A stretch of 64,000 nt of DNA from Candidatus Spongiihabitans sp. Its GTDB lineage: Bacteria; Pseudomonadota; Gammaproteobacteria; Arenicellales; Poriferihabitantaceae. A program made the position numbers and the translations under genes. Below, in pieces: positions 49,312 to 58,080 of the stretch (position 1 is its first letter; the number at the start of each line of letters is the position of its first letter). Under the pieces are notes generated by a model. That model worked only from the letters and a program-made list of their open reading frames with translations. It was not told where the DNA came from and did no database searches. The stretch lies in contig NZ_OZ252047.1 of NCBI RefSeq assembly GCF_965247905.1, forward strand, positions 2,073,304 through 2,137,303, read 5' to 3'.

Positions 49312-51054
49312 ATGACCAATCTGATTGAAATTAAAACTCCTGATTTGGGCGAGTTTGAAAACGTCCCCATCATCGAAATTTTTGTACAAGTTGGTGATGT
49401 CATAGCGACAGACGACCCTCTGGTCGCCATAGAAAGCGATAAAGCCACAATGGAAATCCCCGCCAGCCATAGCGGTGTCATTAAGGAAATGAAAATTGCG
49501 GTCGGCGATGCAATTTCCTCCGGTCAAGTCTTGCTCGTGGTCGAGTCGCGCGGCACCAGCGTGACGAAAAAAGTCGCGGATGAAATCGCCGATGAAGTCG
49601 CCGTGACGAAAGAAGTCGCACCCAAAACCGCGAAAGGGAATGGCGATAAGCATGCCGCGTTGGTGGTATTGGGCTCGGGACCAGGTGGCTACACCGCCGC
49701 ATTCCGCGCCGCGGATTTGGGGCTTGATGTTATCTTGATCGAGCGCCATGAAAATCTCGGCGGGGTTTGTCTCAACGTGGGCTGCATCCCGTCCAAAGCG
49801 CTGTTGCATGTCGCAAAAGTGGTCACCGATGCCGCCGATGCCAAAGCCATTGGACTTGACTTTGCACCGCCCACGGTGGACCTCAAGCAAACGCTTAAAT
49901 GGAAAAACGGCATTGTCAATCAGTTGACGCAAGGGCTGGCGGGTTTGGCCAAAAAACGCAAAGTCACGGTGATTCATGGCTTGGGGCAATTCATAAGTCC
50001 AAACAGGATTGAAGTCGCTTCCAACTCGGGCGCTGAAACCGTCTCCTTTGAACAGGCCATTATCGCGGCCGGCTCGCAACCGATTGAAATACCGGGCTTC
50101 CCCCATGCTGATCCAAGGTTGCTGGATTCAACCAGCGCATTGGCGCTGGACGACATCCCTGAAAGGCTGCTGATTGTCGGCGGCGGCATCATTGGCCTGG
50201 AAATGGCGACCGTATATCATGCGCTGGGCAGCAAAATCAGCGTCGTGGAAATGCTGGCTGGACTGATGGCCGGCGCCGATGCGGACTTGGTGCGGCCGTT
50301 GCAAAAACGCATCAAGCACCAGTACGAAAACATTTGGCTAAAGACCAAAGTCACGCAGATGAAAGCGCTGAAAAATGGCATCAAAGTCAGTTTTGAAGGC
50401 GACCAAGCGCCGGAGAATGAAACCTTTGGCAAGGTGCTGGTGTCGGTTGGCAGAACGCCCAATGGCAATAGAATAAATGCACAAGCGGCCGGTGTCAGCG
50501 TTTCAGAGCATGGATTTATCGCGGTTAATGATCAACAACAAACCAATATTCCGCATATCTTTGCCATTGGCGATATAGTGGGTCAGCCCATGCTAGCGCA
50601 CAAAGCGGTGCATGAGGGCAAGGTCGCTGCCGAAGTCGCGGCCGGACTGAACAGCGGGTTTGATGCCAGAGTGATTCCGAGCGTGGCTTATACCGATCCA
50701 GAGGTAGCATGGGTTGGTGTCACCGAAGCCGAAGCCAAAGCGCAAGGTCTGGACTATGGCAAAGGCGTTTTCCCCTGGGCCGCCAGCGGTCGATCTCTGT
50801 CTCAAGGCCGTCGCGACGGCGTGACCAAACTTCTTTTTGACAACCATACCCATAGAATCATTGGCGCCGGAATTACCGGCAGCAATGCTGGGGAACTTAT
50901 CGCCGAAGCCACGCTCGCCATTGAGATGAATGCGGATGCTGCGGATATTGGATTGTCGATACACGCCCACCCTACCCTGGCCGAAACTTTGGGCTTGGCT
51001 GCGGAAGCGTTTGAAGGCACGATTACTGATTTGTATCTGCCGAAGAAAAAATAA
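49312..51054 (+). CDS. lpdA: Dihydrolipoamide dehydrogenase with an N-terminal lipoyl domain
   Basis: IESDKAT lipoyl site, GSGPGGY, GGVCLNVGCIPSKAL, GGGIIGLE, HAHPTLAE. Confidence 0.97.
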   Translation: MTNLIEIKTPDLGEFENVPIIEIFVQVGDVIATDDPLVAIESDKATMEIPASHSGVIKEMKIAVGDAISSGQVLLVVESRGTSVTKKVADEIADEVAVTKEVAPKTAKGNGDKHAALVVLGSGPGGYTAAFRAADLGLDVILIERHENLGGVCLNVGCIPSKALLHVAKVVTDAADAKAIGLDFAPPTVDLKQTLKWKNGIVNQLTQGLAGLAKKRKVTVIHGLGQFISPNRIEVASNSGAETVSFEQAIIAAGSQPIEIPGFPHADPRLLDSTSALALDDIPERLLIVGGGIIGLEMATVYHALGSKISVVEMLAGLMAGADADLVRPLQKRIKHQYENIWLKTKVTQMKALKNGIKVSFEGDQAPENETFGKVLVSVGRTPNGNRINAQAAGVSVSEHGFIAVNDQQQTNIPHIFAIGDIVGQPMLAHKAVHEGKVAAEVAAGLNSGFDARVIPSVAYTDPEVAWVGVTEAEAKAQGLDYGKGVFPWAASGRSLSQGRRDGVTKLLFDNHTHRIIGAGITGSNAGELIAEATLAIEMNADAADIGLSIHAHPTLAETLGLAAEAFEGTITDLYLPKKK

Positions 51055-51057
51055 TTT

Positions 51058-51069
51058 GGGTCATGACCC
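51058..51069. promoter_or_regulatory. 12-bp perfect palindrome between lpdA and the MMPL gene (candidate operator or hairpin)
   Basis: GGGTCATGACCC, flanked by aaataa and ttattt. Confidence 0.3.
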
Positions 51070-51092
51070 TTATTTATTTCAGGTAATTTTCA

Positions 51093-53435
51093 ATGGAGCA
51101 ATTCGCAATCAAGTGGGGAAGTTGGGTCACCCGTAATCGAATCCTGACGCTGGCGCTTTCTTTGATGCTCGCCATGGCGGCCGCTTCCGGCGTTCAGTTT
51201 CTGGGATTCACCAATGATTATCGCGTGTTTTTTTCTGGTGATGATCCGCATTTGCTGGCCTTTGAAAACCTGCAAAGCACCTATACAAAAAACGATAATG
51301 TTTTATTTGTTATCGCGCCTGATGATGGCAAGGTGTTCACCCGCGATACGCTGGCGGCGATTTCGCAGTTGACCGATCGCGCTTGGCAGACGCCGTTTTC
51401 GATCAGGGTGGATTCGCTGTCAAACTATCAGCACACCGAGGCGCAAGGCGATGACCTGATAGTGGCCGATTTGTATGAAGACGCCGACTCCCTGAGCGCT
51501 GCCGACCTGGCGCACATTCGCGCCATCGCGGTCAACGAGCCTTTCCTGGTGCATCGCCTGATCTCCGCGGATGCTCATGTTGCCGCCATTAATATTACGG
51601 TCGAGACCCCAGGAATTGATGAAGCCACCGAAGGCCCCCAGGTTGTTGAGCATGTTCGGGCGATGCGAAGTTATGCCGAGCAAGCCTATCCAAACCTGAA
51701 CATTTACCTGACCGGCATCATGATGATGAACCAGGCCTTTCCGGAAGCCTCGTTATACGACATGACCCATCTGGTGCCGGCCGCTTTCGCCCTCATCCTG
51801 TTTCTTGTATTCCTGCAGTTAAGGGGATTTAGCGGCACGCTGGCGACCTTCATCACCATCGCGCTTTCCATCGTCTCGGCAATGGGCATGGCCGGCTGGA
51901 TGGGCATTAAACTGACCCCGCCGTCGATGTCCGCACCCACAATTATTCTGACCTTGGCGGTCGCGGACTGTGTGCATGTCCTGGCCAACTGGCTGCAGAA
52001 ATACCGCGGCGGGATGGACAAGATCACGTCCATGGCGGAAAGCCTGAGAATCAATTTCAGCCCGGTCTTGCTGACCTCGGTGACCACCGCCATCGGCTTC
52101 CTGTCCCTGAATTTTAGTGATGCCCCGCCGTTCGGCGACCTCGGCAACATCGCCGCAATGGGCGTTTTGTTTGCCTGGTTCTACGCTATGACGCTATTGC
52201 CTGCTCTGGTTACGTTACTGCCTGCAAGTACCAGGAAGGGCCGGGCTTACGGCGGTGAAATAATGAACACGTTTTCAGGCTGGGTGATTCGCCGGCGCGC
52301 TATGCTGATGCCAGTGGTCAGTTTAGTGATTGTTGGCTTGGTATTGTGGATTCCAAAAAACCAGTTAAATGATATTTTCGTCAACTACTTCGATGAGCGC
52401 ATCGAGTTTCGCACCGACACCGATTTCGTTGTGGACAATCTGACTGGCATGTATTTCATCGATTATTCACTGAATGCCGGGCAGTCCGGCGCAATTTCTG
52501 AACCGCGCTACCTGCAACAGGTGCAACAATTCACCGACTGGCTGCGGCGGCAGCCCGAGGTCATTCATGTCAATACCGTGACCGATGTGTTCAAGCGCAT
52601 CAACAAAAGTATGCATGGCGATGATCCATTCTGGTACGCGTTGCCGGAACAACGCGAAATGGCGGCGCAGTATCTGCTGCTGTACGAACTGTCCCTGCCC
52701 TATGGCTTGGACTTGAACAATCAAATCGATATCGATAAACAACGCACACGGCTGAGCGCCACGCTTAAAACCTTGTCCACAACGAATACCCTGGCTTTCG
52801 AGCAGCGGGTAAGTCTTTGGCTGCAGCAGAACACGCCGGAAATTCACACCATCGGCGCCAGCCCAACCATCATGTTTTCCCATATCGGCATGCGCAACAT
52901 TATCAGTATGTTAGGCGGCACCGCGTTCGCGCTGGTGGCAATATCGTTGTTGCTGATGCTGGCGTTCGGCTCGGTGCGGTATGGCTTGCTGACCTTGCTG
53001 CCCAATATCGCCCCGGCGGCGATGGCGTTCGGACTGTGGGGCATCGTGGACGCCGAAATAGGTTTGGGTTTGTCGGTTGTTACGGCAATGACGCTCGGCA
53101 TCGTGGTCGACGACACCATCCACTTCATGAGCAAATACTTGCGCGCGCGCCGCGACCAAGGTCTGGATGCAATCGAAGCGGTTGGTTACGCATTTTCGAC
53201 CGTGGGCATTCCGTTATGGATTACCTCGGTGGCATTGGCCGCCGGCTTTTTGGTGTTAGCAACTTCTTCGTTTACGTTGAATGCGGAGATGGGCTTGTTG
53301 GTCGCTATCGTGATCATGTTCGCCCTGATCGTTGATTTCCTGTTGCTGCCGACCTTGCTGATTCGATTCGATCGATGGTTGATTGGCGCAACGCGGAAAA
53401 ATTCAGAAATCGAGGCCACCGCCCAGTCGGCATAA
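51093..53435 (+). CDS. MMPL/RND-family exporter
   Basis: Two repeats of TM + periplasmic + 5 TM; LAVADCVH, LLTSVTTAIGFLSL, GIVVDDTIHF. Confidence 0.9.
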   Translation: MEQFAIKWGSWVTRNRILTLALSLMLAMAAASGVQFLGFTNDYRVFFSGDDPHLLAFENLQSTYTKNDNVLFVIAPDDGKVFTRDTLAAISQLTDRAWQTPFSIRVDSLSNYQHTEAQGDDLIVADLYEDADSLSAADLAHIRAIAVNEPFLVHRLISADAHVAAINITVETPGIDEATEGPQVVEHVRAMRSYAEQAYPNLNIYLTGIMMMNQAFPEASLYDMTHLVPAAFALILFLVFLQLRGFSGTLATFITIALSIVSAMGMAGWMGIKLTPPSMSAPTIILTLAVADCVHVLANWLQKYRGGMDKITSMAESLRINFSPVLLTSVTTAIGFLSLNFSDAPPFGDLGNIAAMGVLFAWFYAMTLLPALVTLLPASTRKGRAYGGEIMNTFSGWVIRRRAMLMPVVSLVIVGLVLWIPKNQLNDIFVNYFDERIEFRTDTDFVVDNLTGMYFIDYSLNAGQSGAISEPRYLQQVQQFTDWLRRQPEVIHVNTVTDVFKRINKSMHGDDPFWYALPEQREMAAQYLLLYELSLPYGLDLNNQIDIDKQRTRLSATLKTLSTTNTLAFEQRVSLWLQQNTPEIHTIGASPTIMFSHIGMRNIISMLGGTAFALVAISLLLMLAFGSVRYGLLTLLPNIAPAAMAFGLWGIVDAEIGLGLSVVTAMTLGIVVDDTIHFMSKYLRARRDQGLDAIEAVGYAFSTVGIPLWITSVALAAGFLVLATSSFTLNAEMGLLVAIVIMFALIVDFLLLPTLLIRFDRWLIGATRKNSEIEATAQSA

Positions 53436-53440
53436 ATTAA

Positions 53441-54335
53441 GGTTCAAGATACTTTAAGCGGTCGATTTCGGATAGATTTTAGCAGATATTGACACCTGTT
53501 TTCGTGGCGCATATTGAAGCGAAACTCACACTCTTTCAAAGGAGTCCGGCTACGCCGGACGACATATTTTAACTGGATTCCCGCCTGCGGCGAGAATGAC
53601 GGGCTGGGGGGACAATGGTGAATCGGAAGGCAATGAGTCCTTTTGAGAGGACAATGGTAAATAATTGTCACGCAAAGCGTGACACAACCGGCGGCTACGC
53701 CACTCTGGATTCCCGCCTGCCGGCGAGAATGACAAATGAGGGTCGTCATTGCCCGGCCCATATTATTATTGGCCGGGCAATCCAGTGGAATATGCCGTCC
53801 GGCGTAGCCGGACTCATTTGCGGCGTAGCCGCCGGTTTGTGTCTGGCAAAGCCGGATGCCAATAAAGAGTCACGCTACGCGTGACAGATATTTAACTGGA
53901 TTTGCGCGTATCATCCCTGATACGCGCCCTTCGGGCTCGCTTCGCTCGCGAAAAATCGCTCCCAGCGGTTTTTTCCGCCTTCGGCGAGAATGACGGCAGG
54001 GAGGGCGATTCTTTCCGCCTGCCGGCGAGAATGACGGCCGAGAGGGCGGCGCTAAAACACCGCCGGAAAGGAACAAAACGGGCAATGAATTAGTGAACAC
54101 ATACGCTCGCATTGCCCGGCGATGTGTTGTCTGATTTGAGTATACAATCGGCTGGTCGCCGGGCCAGAGATGCCGGTGTTTTGTGCGACTTTGCAAGCCT
54201 CGATATCAAGGCAAAACAGCCGTGGAATCGCCCTGAATTTATTCTCCGAAATTCGGCAGCGAATGACATGCTTGTTTTTAATTTATAGAACAATTCGTTA
54301 TGACCATTTCACTATACCTTAAAGTATCTTGAACC
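53441..54335 (-). mobile_element. IS1595-derived MITE, copy 3, 895 bp
   Basis: Same 18-bp TIRs at 53441-53458 and 54318-54335; TSD TAAATTAA at 53433-53440 and 54336-54343; transposase C-remnant 53444-53539; N-remnant about 54100-54282 with ATG changed to ATT. Confidence 0.93.
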
Positions 54336-54363
54336 TAAATTAATTCATTCCAAAGGAGGAAAA

Positions 54364-55182
54364 ATGCCTTTCGTCAAAGTTATCGTAAAAACTGTCATGG
54401 TTGCTCAGCTGGGTTTCCTGACGCTGTTTGGCCTGGCGTTTAATCCGGCGTTCGCTCAGACTGCCGAGCAACTCGGCACCGAAATTGCCATTGCCGCCGA
54501 CCAGCGCGATAGCGGTTGGAAGCATATGAGTGCCGATATGGAAATGATTCTGCGCAACCGCGCCGGCCGGGAAAGCCACCGCAGGATCACCAATCGCCAA
54601 CTGGAGGTCAGCGGTGATGGCGATAAATCGCTGTCTCTGTTCAAACAGCCCAAGGACGTGGCCGGGACCGCTATGCTGACCTTCTCGCATGGTCTGGCGC
54701 CGGATGACCAGTGGCTGTTCCTGCCCTCGATCAAGCGCGTCAAACGCATTTCGTCCAAGAACAAATCCGGCCCGTTCATGGGCAGCGAATTCGCTTTTGA
54801 AGACCTCGGCTCGCAGGAAATAGAAAAATACACCTACAAACTGTTGCGCGAAGAAGCGTGCGGCGCGGGCTATCAATGCTATGTTATCGAGCGCATTCCG
54901 CAATACGAAAATTCCGCGTATACGCGCCAGATCACCTGGGTCGACAAGGCGCAGTATCGCAACATTAAGGTCGAGTTTTATGACCGCAAGGATGCGCTGC
55001 TGAAGACCTTGGAGATGATCGGCTTCAAGCAATACGCCGGCGGTTACTGGCGCGCCGACCGGTTCGAGATGACCAATCACCAGACCGGCAAGAGCACTCG
55101 CTTGAACTGGAGCAATTATGATTTTGAGACGCCGCTGGATGCACTGGACTTTAGCCAAAACGCGCTGAAGCGATTGTTGTAA
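54364..55182 (+). CDS. Outer-membrane lipoprotein-sorting (LolA-like) periplasmic protein
   Basis: AGGAGG RBS at 54354-54359; signal peptide; F..PKDV.GTA.L, DDQWLFLP..KRVKRISS.NKSGPFMGSEF.FED. Confidence 0.82.
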   Translation: MPFVKVIVKTVMVAQLGFLTLFGLAFNPAFAQTAEQLGTEIAIAADQRDSGWKHMSADMEMILRNRAGRESHRRITNRQLEVSGDGDKSLSLFKQPKDVAGTAMLTFSHGLAPDDQWLFLPSIKRVKRISSKNKSGPFMGSEFAFEDLGSQEIEKYTYKLLREEACGAGYQCYVIERIPQYENSAYTRQITWVDKAQYRNIKVEFYDRKDALLKTLEMIGFKQYAGGYWRADRFEMTNHQTGKSTRLNWSNYDFETPLDALDFSQNALKRLL

Positions 55183-55196
55183 CGCGACCACTTTTT

Positions 55197-56408
55197 ATGC
55201 ACACATCCATCCGGCTGGCATCGTCGGCGGTGGCGTTTATGTTGTTGCTCGGCGCACCCATCGCACACGGCATTGAATCCAGTTACATCCTGGAGGTCGA
55301 GGCGCGCGGCTATACCGGCGCAGATAGCGATTCGGCGCGCTTCGACAGCAATTTTGCAGTCAGTATCAAGCCCGAATTCAAGCACAGTTTCAACGGCGGC
55401 GACACGATATTCACGTTCACGTCTTTTGGCCGATGGGACAATAAAGACCAGGCACGGCGGCATACCGATATTCGCGAACTCAATGTGGTGCACGTGGCTG
55501 GTAACTGGGAAACCCTGGCCGGCGTGAGCAAGGTGTTCTGGGGAGTCGCGGAATCCAGTCATCTGGTGGACGTGATCAACCAAACCGATTTCCTCGAGGG
55601 CATCGATGGCGAGGACAAGTTGGGCCAGCCGATGTTGCGACTGAGCCGCACCTTCGACCAAAGCGCATTGACATTGTTTGCCCTGCCGGGTTTTCGGGAA
55701 CGGAAATTCCTGTCGCGTGAAAATCCCCTTGCCCTGCCCTTTGAAGTGCATAACCATCCTCAATACCAATCCGCTGACGGCGCTGATCACGTTGACTATG
55801 CGCTGCGTTTTAGCGGCTATCGCGGTATTGTTGACTATGGATTTTCCTGGTTTCGCGGCACTTCCCGCGATCCAATCTTCAATTGCGATAGTTGGCGGGT
55901 TCCCTTTTATGCGCAGATTGATCAATATGGACTCGATGTCCAGGCGACAAGCGGCGCCTGGCTGTGGAAACTCGAAGCCATTAGACGTGAATTTCGTCAC
56001 CATATTGATTTTTGCGCGCAAGATTTCACCGCCGTGGTCGGCGGCTTCGAGTACAGTTTCTACGGTATGTCGGATGGGCTGTTCGACCTTGGGGCGCTGG
56101 CCGAATACCACCATGACAGTCGGGGTAATCGCATGGCGGTCGCTTTTCAGAACGACCTGTTCCTGGGACTGCGTTTAGGGTTTAACGATGCGCAAAGCTC
56201 CGAGGTTCTGGCCGGCGCATTGATTGACCTGGACGATCAAACATCCAGCTTCAGGATTGAAGCCAATCGCCGTGCCGGTAAATTTTTGTGGGCTGATGCA
56301 CGTATCAGTTTAGAGGCTCAGGCATTTTCAAATGTCGCTGCCGACAACCTCAGTTTCAGCCTGCGTGACAGCGATTTTGTCCGTTTGTCTCTGGCGTTGT
56401 TTTTTTAA
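55197..56408 (+). CDS. Putative outer-membrane beta-barrel protein
   Basis: Signal peptide, alternating amphipathic strands, KVFWG..ES..LVDVINQ, terminal LSLALFF (C-terminal Phe signature). Confidence 0.7.
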   Translation: MHTSIRLASSAVAFMLLLGAPIAHGIESSYILEVEARGYTGADSDSARFDSNFAVSIKPEFKHSFNGGDTIFTFTSFGRWDNKDQARRHTDIRELNVVHVAGNWETLAGVSKVFWGVAESSHLVDVINQTDFLEGIDGEDKLGQPMLRLSRTFDQSALTLFALPGFRERKFLSRENPLALPFEVHNHPQYQSADGADHVDYALRFSGYRGIVDYGFSWFRGTSRDPIFNCDSWRVPFYAQIDQYGLDVQATSGAWLWKLEAIRREFRHHIDFCAQDFTAVVGGFEYSFYGMSDGLFDLGALAEYHHDSRGNRMAVAFQNDLFLGLRLGFNDAQSSEVLAGALIDLDDQTSSFRIEANRRAGKFLWADARISLEAQAFSNVAADNLSFSLRDSDFVRLSLALFF

Positions 56409-56512
56409 TGTCGCGGCTTGCAATCTTGTGTACAATGCCTGATACAATATCAATCCGAGCGCCAAATGCGGTGGACTTATAGACTATTGACTAATCATGC
56501 GAGGATTCGCCC

Positions 56513-57310
56513 ATGTCCATGACCATGACCCTGAAAAGCGACTATGACAAACTGGGTTTTTTGTCCCCGGTTGATGTGCTCAGCCAGAAACAAGCCCTGC
56601 GACATCGGCGATGCGTGCAGGATGCGGAGCGCCGCATCGGGCGGTTGCATTACCTGGCAAAGGTGCATACCATTTTGCGCTCGCCTTACCAACTGGCGAC
56701 GCACCCCGCGGTGCTTGATGTGGTGGAGCAGATTCTGGGCGCGGATATCCTGCTGTACAACACCACTTATATCATCAAGGAAGCCAACACGCCGGCCTAT
56801 GTCAGTTGGCATCAGGATCTCACTTACTGGGGGCTGGACGGCGCTGAGCAGGTATCGGTATGGCTGGCGTTGACGGTCGCCGACGAACAAAGCGGCTGCA
56901 TGCGCATGATCCCCGGCAGCCATGTCAACGGCCAGATGGAACACGACATTTCGCATCCGGACGAAAATAATGTGCTGTTCCAAAGCCAACAGGTGCACGG
57001 CGTGAATGAACCAGATGCGATGCATTGCCCGCTTATGCCGGGTCAAGCCTCCTTTCATCACGGCTGGACTTTGCATTCCTCCCTGCCCAACCACAGCCAT
57101 GACCGGCGCATCGGGCTCAACATTCAGTACATCGCGCCGCATGTGCGCCAGACCAAGTTGCCGGGCTATAGTGCGTTGTTGGTGCGCGGCACTGACCGGT
57201 TTCATTATTATGAAGAAGAAATTCCAGCGACCTGCGACCTCGACCCGGCAGCGTTAATCTGGCACGAGCAAAAAAATCAACTGCATTTCCGTATTGCCGG
57301 CAACGCTTGA
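56513..57310 (+). CDS. Phytanoyl-CoA dioxygenase (PhyH)-family Fe(II)/2-oxoglutarate dioxygenase
   Basis: WHQD (H-x-D), GCMRMIPGSH, distal HHGWTLHSS.PN.S..RRIG. Confidence 0.88.
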   Translation: MSMTMTLKSDYDKLGFLSPVDVLSQKQALRHRRCVQDAERRIGRLHYLAKVHTILRSPYQLATHPAVLDVVEQILGADILLYNTTYIIKEANTPAYVSWHQDLTYWGLDGAEQVSVWLALTVADEQSGCMRMIPGSHVNGQMEHDISHPDENNVLFQSQQVHGVNEPDAMHCPLMPGQASFHHGWTLHSSLPNHSHDRRIGLNIQYIAPHVRQTKLPGYSALLVRGTDRFHYYEEEIPATCDLDPAALIWHEQKNQLHFRIAGNA

Positions 57311-57316
57311 TTGTAT

Positions 57317-58045
57317 TCAGCTTTTATCTGAAATCCGCGCCTGGTAGCGTTTCATTTCCCGCATCACCCGGCGCGATCTCAACTCTTTTCCATTTAACTG
57401 GATATCAATCAGCAACCGGGTAAGCCAGCGCGCCTGAGATCGATCATGAGCCGATTTAAATTCTTCATTTTGCAACGCGATTAGCGTGGCGCCGGAAATA
57501 ATATTGCCGTGCTGCCGATTGGTTGCTATCGGGCCCTGCTGCGGAAAATATTGATAACGATGATCTGCTGCAATGGGTTCTCCGCTTTCAACGTCATGGT
57601 CGAGCACCAGCCCAAAGCCAATTTCCTGAAGCAAGTATTTTTCAAATACGCGCAACACCGTATTTGGATTTTTTTTATCCGATAATTCAAAAACCGCCTT
57701 ATCGTATTTATCATACAGCGCTGCATGAGGATCATGGCGGTGCAGCAATTTTAGAATGAGTTCGTTTATGTAGTAGCCGCAAGCGACTCTGGAAGCATCC
57801 AGTTGCGGACAGAAGCCGGTTTGCTCGATTGAAGTCAAAATGGGCAACTCACCCTTTCCGGTCCAACTTAGCAGCAATGGCTTAAAGGATAAAAACAACC
57901 CCTGAACCTGAGATTTTTTGGTTCGACAACCTTTTGCAATTAACGTCAGCCTGCCAAAATTCCGAGTGAATATTTGAACCAATAAGCTGCTTTCCCGATA
58001 AGACTGGCGATGCAGTATGTAGCCGGATTGTTGATTGACCTTCAC
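57317..58045 (-). CDS. recO: DNA repair protein RecO (GTG start at 58045 inferred)
   Basis: GYILHRQSYRESSL, GRLTLIAKG, CGYYINEL, LRVFEK.LL.EIGFG; follows era. Confidence 0.92.
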   Translation of the reverse strand: MKVNQQSGYILHRQSYRESSLLVQIFTRNFGRLTLIAKGCRTKKSQVQGLFLSFKPLLLSWTGKGELPILTSIEQTGFCPQLDASRVACGYYINELILKLLHRHDPHAALYDKYDKAVFELSDKKNPNTVLRVFEKYLLQEIGFGLVLDHDVESGEPIAADHRYQYFPQQGPIATNRQHGNIISGATLIALQNEEFKSAHDRSQARWLTRLLIDIQLNGKELRSRRVMREMKRYQARISDKS

Positions 58046-58080
58046 GGGGCGGCTGGCTTCAGGTTCGCTACGGCAGGCCG

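Noticed and set aside
49312-49620. Lipoyl domain fused to LpdA as a novelty
   Set aside because: Already known in several proteobacteria such as Neisseria and Cupriavidus/Ralstonia.
41118-56114. Long antisense ORFs (41118-42014, 41900-42592, 43182-43940, 49306-50106, 54340-55191, 55116-56114)
   Set aside because: Each overlaps a well-supported gene on the opposite strand; they are typical codon-bias shadows.
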